Shown here piece by piece: positions 32,980-40,634 of a DNA stretch of 64,000 nt. This DNA comes from Patescibacteria group bacterium. GTDB taxonomy: Bacteria > Patescibacteriota > Saccharimonadia > Saccharimonadales > 2-12-FULL-41-12. Position 1 is the stretch's first letter; each line of letters begins with the position of its first letter. The position numbers and the translations under genes were made by a program. The notes beneath the pieces are model-generated. The model did not search any database, was not told where the DNA came from, and was given only the letters and a program-made list of their open reading frames with translations. Location of the stretch: NCBI GenBank assembly GCA_038064875.1, contig JBBTSC010000001.1, forward strand, positions 443,004 through 507,003, given 5' to 3'.

Positions 32980-35378
32980 TGTTCTTGGCTCTCAAAATCA
33001 GCGACAGTCAAATTTATAACTCCACCTGCACCAATTTCTTGGCTGAGAACCTTTTTAGCAACAATGTTTTCAACATATCTCTGCGCCATGCGCCTCATAG
33101 GCCGGGCGCCAAGCATTGGGTCATACCCCTTATTGATCAACCATTTCTTGCCTGCTTCGTCGACGCTAACCTGAATTTTCTGTGGCTCAAGAGTTTTGTT
33201 GATTGAGCCAATTATAATACTAACTACCTGCACCAAATCATCCGGAGTTAGCGGTTCAAACAACACCACTTCGTCATATCTATTAACAAATTCTGGGGTA
33301 AATATTCTATCGTTGATCAGTTTTTCAACAATCTTATCCTCAGCATCTGGCTGATTAATTTCACCACTGGAGACCATTGATCTAATATCATTTGCCCCAG
33401 CGTTTGACGTGGCAATAATTATTGAATCTTTAAAAGAAACTTGTTTGTTATTTGAATCTTTCATGACTCCTTCGTCGAGCATTTGAAGCAACAGCCCTAG
33501 AACACTTGGATGTGCCTTTTCAATCTCATCTAGTAGCACCACACTAAATGGTTTCTTTCGCATTTGTCCTAGGAAACTAAGCTGATCGCCTTCGTTACCA
33601 GCGCTGACAAGTCTATTGACATCACTTGGTTCAACGAATTGGTTCATGTCTACTCTAACTATTGATGATTCATCCCCAAAATAAACTCTTGCTAAAGCCT
33701 TGGTAAGCTCTGTCTTACCAACACCAGTTGGGCCAATGAACAAGAATGTACCTACTGGTCGATCAGCAGACCCAACGCCACTCCTAGAACGACGTAGTGC
33801 ATCTGACACCGCTCTAATTGCCCGCTTTTGGCTAATAACATGCTGGCTGAGATTTTTCTCTAAATCGAGCAAGTTGGTTGCCTCTCCTGCCTGCGCAGTT
33901 TGCAGTTTTACACCTTTAGAACGCTCAAGGCTTAGCTTTATAACTGCATCTGTCACGTAACCATTTTCCGTATAGGCCGGGGCTTCTTCTAAAACTTTGA
34001 GGGCAGCACCTGGCATGGCCAGACTATCTTCATATCTTTTACCAAGCTTGTACGCCTCACGAAGAGCTTGATAAGTAAAAGTGCATTTATGTTTGAACTC
34101 AACCAAAAGTATTTGATTCTGCAAAATTCTGATAGAGTCTGATTCGTTTGCTTCAGGTAAATTAACAGACTGTATCTTGGATGTTAGTGAGCTTCCTCTC
34201 GCCTGCAAACTTTGCCACTGCTTTGGCGTTATCGCAAAAATCATTCTGACAGCGCCTGATTCAAGCGCCTGCGAGAGCACGTTAGACAGATCAACTGCTC
34301 CAACACCCTCACTGAAAAACACTTCTGCATTATCAAAAAACAAGATAATATTCTTGGCTTTATGTGCTTCGTTGATCATATGAATAACAAGCTGTTCGAG
34401 TTGACCGGGTCTGGTAGCCCTAGAAATCATAGCGCTGGCATCCAACATGACTACTTGCTTGTACCTGAGATTTTTTGGAGAAGAAGCGCTCAGGATTTGC
34501 TCGGCAAAAGCATATGCGGTAGTTGTTTTGCCAGATCCGTTTTCACCAACAATAGCTATAGATTTGTTTGTGTTGCTCATTGACTGAATCATGCCACCAA
34601 CCACCTGCTGATGAAGCGACGTGTCTTGGAAAAATCCATAGAGTTCAATTTCTCGCGAGATACTATAGCCAAAACTTTGAAGCACCGGCGTATAACCATA
34701 CGTCCAGTCACGAGCCAATCCTCCAAAATTCTTTTTTTCTCTTGCTTGTTTATGCTGATAACTTAGGCTACTCATCCAAAGCACTCCATTCTCAATATCG
34801 GCTCGTGACAACTTGAGTTTGTTCAGAAGACCCTCTGCGTCAGGCAAAGAAAGTATAAGGCCAGCCATGACAAGTTCCTGGGAATAGTAGCTCATGGATA
34901 GCTTGCTCCTGAGCGCCTCTGTATTGCGCCAAACCACGGCCTCACTGGAAGGATCTTTAGAGAGCATATTTTCAAAAATCTCTGTCGGTAACACAAATCT
35001 ATTTTGGAAAAAGTACCGAGCAGACAGTCTCTCTATCGCTTTCCAAATTAAATATGCAGACTGTGAGCCATTTTTCATATTTGCCAAAATCTGTTGATCA
35101 AGTACATCGTCTACTTTACCTGTCTTGTTGCCAATATTTTTATTTAACTGTGACAACTCACCTGCAGTCCAAAACCTAATTGACAAAGTTAACAGTCCTA
35201 CGCTCAAGAATAAGCCTGAAAGTTTCGGCATCGCATAGAGCAACATAAGTCCAAATAACAAGAAAGCCACTGCTGACAAATTCAAAATCTGGCGGAGGAA
35301 TTTATTATCAAGCGCTTTAAATATACGTGCTTTGACAGCTCTATCAGAATCTAGATTTAAATAATTACCCTGCACCAT
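32976..35378 (-). CDS. membrane-anchored double-AAA+ Clp/Hsp100-like ATPase
   Basis: Two N-terminal TM helices and Clp_N-like repeats. D1 has GENGSGKT and ILFFDNAE; D2 has GPTGVGKTE, LLDEIEKAH and GARPMRR. Start taken at ATG 35378. Confidence 0.85.
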   Translation of the reverse strand: MVQGNYLNLDSDRAVKARIFKALDNKFLRQILNLSAVAFLLFGLMLLYAMPKLSGLFLSVGLLTLSIRFWTAGELSQLNKNIGNKTGKVDDVLDQQILANMKNGSQSAYLIWKAIERLSARYFFQNRFVLPTEIFENMLSKDPSSEAVVWRNTEALRSKLSMSYYSQELVMAGLILSLPDAEGLLNKLKLSRADIENGVLWMSSLSYQHKQAREKKNFGGLARDWTYGYTPVLQSFGYSISREIELYGFFQDTSLHQQVVGGMIQSMSNTNKSIAIVGENGSGKTTTAYAFAEQILSASSPKNLRYKQVVMLDASAMISRATRPGQLEQLVIHMINEAHKAKNIILFFDNAEVFFSEGVGAVDLSNVLSQALESGAVRMIFAITPKQWQSLQARGSSLTSKIQSVNLPEANESDSIRILQNQILLVEFKHKCTFTYQALREAYKLGKRYEDSLAMPGAALKVLEEAPAYTENGYVTDAVIKLSLERSKGVKLQTAQAGEATNLLDLEKNLSQHVISQKRAIRAVSDALRRSRSGVGSADRPVGTFLFIGPTGVGKTELTKALARVYFGDESSIVRVDMNQFVEPSDVNRLVSAGNEGDQLSFLGQMRKKPFSVVLLDEIEKAHPSVLGLLLQMLDEGVMKDSNNKQVSFKDSIIIATSNAGANDIRSMVSSGEINQPDAEDKIVEKLINDRIFTPEFVNRYDEVVLFEPLTPDDLVQVVSIIIGSINKTLEPQKIQVSVDEAGKKWLINKGYDPMLGARPMRRMAQRYVENIVAKKVLSQEIGAGGVINLTVADFESQEQ

Positions 35379-35739
35379 CACCTCCAACGACCAACATTAA
35401 TATAGGCAGAATGATGATGGCGAGCGGGATAAAAGCCCAAGAGGCTAAAACAACAAAAAAACAAACGCTCAATAACGATATTATGATTCCTGCACCTATA
35501 AGTACAAATATCCTTATGATAAAACCAATTACCCTTGAAACAGTATTGTCCACTAACGCCTGGAAGAAATTACGAAGCGTAGCCTCTGTGTAGAGCTGTT
35601 TCCAGGGAGAGAACAGTGTTTTGAGCAATATAACAACTGAAAAACTCCTCAACAATGAAGATAATTTCTTGCTGTATTCGGATAAAATCCAAGCCCATCC
35701 AGCACCATACCACCACTTTAAATATAAGATAATTGCCAT
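35365..35739 (-). CDS. small polytopic membrane protein, overlaps the Clp-like gene start
   Basis: Track ORF, 124 aa, hydrophobic, with a 14-nt overlap with the downstream gene. Confidence 0.5.
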   Translation of the reverse strand: MAIILYLKWWYGAGWAWILSEYSKKLSSLLRSFSVVILLKTLFSPWKQLYTEATLRNFFQALVDNTVSRVIGFIIRIFVLIGAGIIISLLSVCFFVVLASWAFIPLAIIILPILMLVVGGDGAG

Positions 35740-35906
35740 AACTGGTAGTATTTTAACACTTATGGTTATCTATGTTAATTTGCATTAGAATATTATGTGC
35801 TGTAAAGTATTATCTGTGAAAACATTTGTAACAACCAGCAATCTCATTCTCCTCAGTCAAAAACTGATGGCTTGAGCGTGTAGTTACAAAAATAATTTAG
35901 AAAAAC

Positions 35907-35938
35907 AAAATCCCGTCTCAAGTCAGATGGGATTTTTT
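35907..35938 (+). terminator. orphan intrinsic terminator immediately upstream of an SD (candidate attenuator)
   Basis: AAAATCCCGTCT pairs with AGATGGGATTTT (one G:U) around a 6-nt loop, with six Ts. AAGGAG and ATG 35957 follow within 19 nt. There is no upstream plus-strand gene. Confidence 0.5.
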
Positions 35939-35956
35939 AATATATAAGGAGAAAAT

Positions 35957-36229
35957 ATGGAAGGCTCAATAACCGAAAGTTTAAGATCACAAAATATAGA
36001 ACCAAGTAGGTGCAATGTACCGGATGAAGCCACTGTCAGAAAATACGGCGCATTTACTTTCACTATGTACACTGGTCCTGGGTCTATCGAGCCCATGCGT
36101 GATTTTTTTGTGAATTTTCCAAATGAGGAAGATTTTGAACAGATGCTTCAAGAAAGATTGGGCGAATGGGCCCAAGAAAATGTAGTTAATAACCCCGATG
36201 GTAACTTTTGGAGAGACAAGCCCGCATAA
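35957..36229 (+). CDS. hypothetical protein (90 aa)
   Basis: Track ORF with a strong SD (AAGGAG). Confidence 0.5.
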   Translation: MEGSITESLRSQNIEPSRCNVPDEATVRKYGAFTFTMYTGPGSIEPMRDFFVNFPNEEDFEQMLQERLGEWAQENVVNNPDGNFWRDKPA

Positions 36230-36275
36230 GGTGTTAATTTGAAATTTGCCGAGATTTGAAGGATAATTAACATCT

Positions 36276-37178
36276 ATGGAAAGTTTTCTACCGAAATGCT
36301 ATTTTCAGGGCAAAATTATTAATTTTAAAGATGCCAAAATCTCGGTAGCAACCCACGCACTACATTATGGAACTGGAGCTTTTGGCGGACTCAGAGCAAC
36401 CGTAGACACAAAAACCAAACAGGTCGTACTTTTTAGATTAAAAGATCACTGCAAACGCCTAAGTAAAAGCGCCAAACTCCTAGGCTACGATTTATCACCT
36501 AAATTCATTGAAGAAAAAATTACCGAATTCGTAAAAGCCAATCCAACTAAAAAAGATTATTATATTAGGCCTTTGATTTATGTATCTGATCTTGGCATAG
36601 CACCTAGACTACATAATGTATCCTATGATTTTCTGATATATGGGTTACCAATGGGCGATTACCTCAACAAGGGAGGTGTGAAAGTTTGTTTTAGCTCATG
36701 GGTGCGCGGTGAAGATAGAAGCCTTCCCCTAAGAGGAAAAATAACGGGCACTTACGTCACAAGTGCGCTTTCAAAAACAGAAGCTCACGCTAGAGGCTTT
36801 GATGAAGCAGTCTTGCTCAATTCACAAGGGAAAATTGCTGAGGCAAGTGCTATGAATATATTTATTGTCAGAGATGGTGAGCTTATTACCCCTTCAGTTA
36901 ATCAAGATATTTTAGAAGGGATTACTCGTGACAGCATCATGAAGATTGCAGAAAATCTTGGCTACAAAGTGACTGAACGTGCTGTTGATAAATCAGAACT
37001 GATTATTGCCGATGAAGTTTTCCTTACCGGAACCGCTGCACGAATAACTCCTGTTAAAAAAATTGAAGGTTATAGCTTGCCAAGAAACAATCCCGTGACA
37101 AAAGCTCTTTCTAAAGAATTCGCAAATATATTTGAAAACCCAAATTCACAATACTCAGAGTGGCTGACTAAGATATAA
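36276..37178 (+). CDS. ilvE: branched-chain amino acid aminotransferase (class IV PLP enzyme)
   Basis: THALHYGTGAFGGLRA signature. 300 aa. Confidence 0.85.
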   Translation: MESFLPKCYFQGKIINFKDAKISVATHALHYGTGAFGGLRATVDTKTKQVVLFRLKDHCKRLSKSAKLLGYDLSPKFIEEKITEFVKANPTKKDYYIRPLIYVSDLGIAPRLHNVSYDFLIYGLPMGDYLNKGGVKVCFSSWVRGEDRSLPLRGKITGTYVTSALSKTEAHARGFDEAVLLNSQGKIAEASAMNIFIVRDGELITPSVNQDILEGITRDSIMKIAENLGYKVTERAVDKSELIIADEVFLTGTAARITPVKKIEGYSLPRNNPVTKALSKEFANIFENPNSQYSEWLTKI

Positions 37179-37184
37179 AAGTGA

Positions 37185-37904
37185 CTACCTGCCCAGAGAC
37201 CTGGCAACTTTGCGTGCTTCAACAGCCAACTGATCATCAACTAATTTTGGCTGATAGTTGCCGAATTTTCTGACAACTGCTTTTTCTATTAACCAGTCTG
37301 CTATAGCTGGATTTTTAGGCAAAAGCGATCCGTGGAGATAGCTACCAATTACGTTTTTATACAGAGCACCTTCTGATTTGTCTTTGCCGTTATTGCCTGC
37401 TCCTCTGACTACTTTCGCCAGCGCCTTTTGATCAGCATCAAGAACAGTCAACCCACTATGATTTTCATAGCCAACAATCTCGCCAAATAAATCACTCTTT
37501 GTCACGATATTACCAATCAATCTCTTTGGTCCACCGACTGTCTGAGCTCCAAAAATACCTATTCCTTCTATCCTATCGCCTTGTGCCGTTTCAAAATACC
37601 GGCCAAAGAGCTGATAGAGACCACAGATCATCAACATTGGCACTCCATCGTCAGCAAGTTTGTGTAAATTTTTACTTATTTTAAGAAGATCGTCACGAAT
37701 TTTATCCTGGCCAGAATCCTGTCCCCCGCCACCGACAATGATGTCCACTTCTTTAGGAAAAGGTTTCCCGGGATGGTGCTCTAAAATTTCAACGCTATAT
37801 CCCTGCCATTCGAGTCGTTTTTTTAAGGTCAGGGCATTTCCCCAGTCACCATATATATTCATCTCCGAGGGATAGAGTTGTAATAGTCTAATTTGCTTGG
37901 TCAT
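37185..37904 (-). CDS. gatD: lipid II isoglutaminyl synthase, glutamine amidotransferase subunit (GatD, CobB/CobQ-like GATase)
   Basis: LYPSEMNIYGDWGN, ICGLYQLFG (Cys nucleophile) and a 4-nt overlap with murT. Confidence 0.85.
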   Translation of the reverse strand: MTKQIRLLQLYPSEMNIYGDWGNALTLKKRLEWQGYSVEILEHHPGKPFPKEVDIIVGGGGQDSGQDKIRDDLLKISKNLHKLADDGVPMLMICGLYQLFGRYFETAQGDRIEGIGIFGAQTVGGPKRLIGNIVTKSDLFGEIVGYENHSGLTVLDADQKALAKVVRGAGNNGKDKSEGALYKNVIGSYLHGSLLPKNPAIADWLIEKAVVRKFGNYQPKLVDDQLAVEARKVARSLGR

Positions 37905-39169
37905 AATACCCTCTCTATATCTGTCTTTTTTCGAAGCAGTTGCCGGAATTCAAGCATTGCAGTATAGGTGCAAAAGATTCTCTTGGGTTTTGTTGGTTTA
38001 GACTCAATAAATTGGTTTAGCGCTTTTGAAAGCTTTGGCTCAACTAAATTTACATGAATATCATCGTACTGAAGTCTAAGAGCCATATCATAAGCACGAA
38101 TTCCGCTTACTGTATTGACCAAATGGCCCAGTGAAGTAAAATCAACATCCCAAAGCCACGACATATCACGCCCATCAGCATAATTATCATTTATTGCGAT
38201 CATGGTCTCCACATTGCTGGAGTTGAATGATTTAAGACCGAGACGAAATCCAGCTGGATTTTTTACCAGCACGAGCTCAAGTGGCTGGCCATTTACGTGG
38301 ACAACCTCGCCTCGCCCAAAAGCAGGCGTTATATCCTCTAAACGTTTTGCGAGAGCATCAAGGTTAATATCATCTTCACAGACCGCTTTTACTAAACAAA
38401 GTGCCGCTGCGATATTGAAAATATTGTAGATACCGGTTATCTTCAGATTAACTGCCAGTGGCTTATTATCAATATATATTTCTGCCTGACTATCTTTAAA
38501 ATCACTCAGTATGACTTCTGCTTCGACCGATGGCTGGTCTGATTTTTTGACACCGTACATCTCATCATCATTTGGAAAATTCTCCTGTAATTTGGGGTCA
38601 ATGCCAAAAAACTTTATTTTTTTGTCACCAAGATCGTCTGCTATTTTCCTAAGCCGAGCATCCTCGCGATTTATAACAACTGTGTCTTTTGTCGCTAGAG
38701 CAATCTTCTGAAGCATACCGGCCGTTACGTCTATCTCACCAAACCGATCGAGCTGATCACGCATGACATTTAGAAGCAAGCTATACCTCGGCTTTATTTC
38801 GCTCACAAAATGTACTGCGTGAGCTTCATCAAGTTCAAGTACGGCGATGTCTGCATCAAGATTGCCATTTAGATCCATCTCGCTAATCAGAGCTGATATC
38901 ACTCCTCTCTTAAAATTACTGCCTGTCGAATTAGAGAACACCTTAAAACCTTGGCTCTCTAAAAGTTCTGTGACTATTTTTGAAGTTGTTGTCTTACCAT
39001 TCGTTCCACTAATGACAATAACGCCATGAGGTAATGTACCAAGTGCTTTTTTTAGGAAAGTTTTGTCTATCTTTTCAACAGCCAAACCAGGCAAAGCTGA
39101 TCCGCCACCCCTGAGTCGTGACGCTACTCGAACGCCTTTACCTATTAATACGGTTGATTTCTTGACCAT
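37901..39169 (-). CDS. murT: lipid II isoglutaminyl synthase, Mur-ligase-like subunit (MurT)
   Basis: P-loop GTNGKTTT, Mur-ligase middle domain and a DUF1727-like C-terminus (DGRDMSWLWDVDF). Confidence 0.85.
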   Translation of the reverse strand: MVKKSTVLIGKGVRVASRLRGGGSALPGLAVEKIDKTFLKKALGTLPHGVIVISGTNGKTTTSKIVTELLESQGFKVFSNSTGSNFKRGVISALISEMDLNGNLDADIAVLELDEAHAVHFVSEIKPRYSLLLNVMRDQLDRFGEIDVTAGMLQKIALATKDTVVINREDARLRKIADDLGDKKIKFFGIDPKLQENFPNDDEMYGVKKSDQPSVEAEVILSDFKDSQAEIYIDNKPLAVNLKITGIYNIFNIAAALCLVKAVCEDDINLDALAKRLEDITPAFGRGEVVHVNGQPLELVLVKNPAGFRLGLKSFNSSNVETMIAINDNYADGRDMSWLWDVDFTSLGHLVNTVSGIRAYDMALRLQYDDIHVNLVEPKLSKALNQFIESKPTKPKRIFCTYTAMLEFRQLLRKKTDIERVL

Positions 39170-39271
39170 GTCAATAATTATAACAGTAAGCTACTACACA
39201 AATTACTAGAAAAAATATGTTATGATATATTTTGCTATTTCTGCAAAATCTATACTCCTGAGGAGGAGACA

Positions 39272-40243
39272 ATGCTAGATAATACGCACCTCGACAATTC
39301 AAGAGGAGCTGTTGTTGATGTCCAGCCTAACAGCTGGGTGCACGACGTTGTCACTCTTTTGGGAGTGACTCTGCCGATCGTGGCAGTTCTGATCGGAGCG
39401 ATCAGCCTGACAGATGGGCTTCCACCGCTCTACGTCATCGTGATGATGGTCGTCTTTCGCTACTTGACTGCCTGGGGAATAACGATTGGTTTTCACCGAT
39501 TGTTCACTCATCGCAGTTTCGAAGCAAGACGTCCTGTCGTAATCATGCTCGCAGTCCTGGGATCACTGGCTCTTGAAGGAGCTATCATCGCATGGGTTGC
39601 CGATCATCGACGACATCACGACTTCACGGACGAGCCGGAAGATCCACACTCCCCGCACGTTTCAACAAGTGGCGAATTCAAAGATCTGGCATGGGGAACA
39701 TTCCGCGGTCTTTGGCACGCCCATTGGGGATGGCTTTTCACCGTTGGTTCATCCAACGAAGGAAGGTACGCCAACGATCTGGTTAAAGACCCCACAATCC
39801 GCCTGATCAGCAAGCTGTTCCCGCTCTTTGCGCTTCTAACGATAGCCATTCCAGTAGTTTTGGGATATGCAATCGACGGGACGCAAGGTATGTGGGATTG
39901 TCTGATTTGGGCTGTAGGAGTCAGAATCTTCTGGGTTCACCACGCAACCTGGTTCGTCAACTCAATCGGCCATATGTACGGCAAACGTCCGTTTGTTCCG
40001 CGCACAAAAGAAGATAAGAGCACTAACAACGCCTTTGTTGCGCTCGTAGCCGAGGGAGAAGGATGGCATCACAACCATCACGTCTTTCCTTTGTCTGCAA
40101 AGCACGGCATTCTTCCCGGTCAAATCGATGTTTCATACCGCATCATCAAAGCCCTCGAAAAAGTCGGCCTCACAAGGAATGTGGACATGCACGTCCCGTC
40201 CGAGGAAAAAATTTCTGCCAAACTCGCCGAAGCCAAAAGCTGA
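39272..40243 (+). CDS. membrane acyl-CoA (stearoyl-CoA-type, DesA3-like) fatty acid desaturase; GC-rich gene
   Basis: Three His boxes (HRLFTH, HRRHH, HHNHH) and TM helices. GC is 50-60% in the sampled lines. Confidence 0.85.
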   Translation: MLDNTHLDNSRGAVVDVQPNSWVHDVVTLLGVTLPIVAVLIGAISLTDGLPPLYVIVMMVVFRYLTAWGITIGFHRLFTHRSFEARRPVVIMLAVLGSLALEGAIIAWVADHRRHHDFTDEPEDPHSPHVSTSGEFKDLAWGTFRGLWHAHWGWLFTVGSSNEGRYANDLVKDPTIRLISKLFPLFALLTIAIPVVLGYAIDGTQGMWDCLIWAVGVRIFWVHHATWFVNSIGHMYGKRPFVPRTKEDKSTNNAFVALVAEGEGWHHNHHVFPLSAKHGILPGQIDVSYRIIKALEKVGLTRNVDMHVPSEEKISAKLAEAKS

Positions 40244-40348
40244 CGCTTGAGTCGAACCGGACCAAAAGTCTGAAGGCAGTAACCCCCCGGTTATATAATT
40301 TATAAAATTATTAATCGGGGGGAGCAGTACAAAATTATTTTAGTTAAG

Positions 40349-40383
40349 AAAAAAGACCACCTGAAATGGTGATCTTTTTTGTT
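40349..40383. terminator. bidirectional hairpin with flanking A- and T-runs
   Basis: AAAAGACCACC pairs with GGTGATCTTTT (one C/A mismatch) around a 6-nt loop. Confidence 0.5.
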
Positions 40384-40500
40384 TGGTCGGGGTGAAAGGG
40401 GCTGCCTCTGGCACGTTTGCCAGAAGACTGGCTTCACGAGCAAACCTCCGACTATTGCCTGCCATAGGCAGTCAAGTCGAAGAACCGACTCTTTTCTCCA
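40384..40500. other. GC-rich hairpin-dense element (about 117 nt) whose minus-strand 3' end duplicates the tRNA-Pro 3' end
   Basis: The 16-nt TGGTCGGGGTGAAAGG at 40384-40399 is identical to 40538-40553. Hairpins at 40419-40432, 40459-40471 and 40475-40490. Terminator-like hairpins sit on both sides. Confidence 0.35.
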
Positions 40501-40501
40501 A

Positions 40502-40528
40502 CAAAAAAATACCCCGTCAAACGACAGG
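40502..40528 (-). terminator. intrinsic terminator after tRNA-Pro
   Basis: On the minus strand: CCTGTC-GTTT-GACGGG followed by GTATTTTTTT. Confidence 0.55.
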
Positions 40529-40537
40529 ATATTTTTC

Positions 40538-40613
40538 TGGTCGGGGTGAAAGGACTCAAACCTTCGACCTCTCGGTCCCAAACCGAGCGCGCTATCAACT
40601 GCGCCACACCCCG
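40538..40613 (-). tRNA. tRNA-Pro (anticodon UGG), CCA encoded; unusual D and T loops
   Basis: Hand-folded: anticodon arm CTCGG-TTTGGGA-CCGAG. T loop is TTTGAGT (U56) and D loop is AGTTGATA (A19). Confidence 0.88.
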
Positions 40614-40634
40614 ATAATCCAATTAGCCTATTAT

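Noticed and set aside
40249-40260. GAGTCGAACCGG immediately after the desaturase stop. It looks like the reverse complement of a tRNA T arm (GGTTCGACTC), so it could be an att or tRNA fragment at the island edge.
   Set aside because: Only about 12 nt are similar. I could not fold any acceptor, anticodon or second T-stem strand around it.
40384-40500. Whether the hairpin-rich element, or the one at 26562-26698, is SRP (4.5S) RNA, 6S RNA or RNase P RNA.
   Set aside because: It lacks the conserved SRP helix-8 sequence (GGUCCGGAAGGAAGCAGCC-like) and the GAGGAAAGUCC RNase P motif. It is too short and too branched for 6S RNA. I left it as unclassified.
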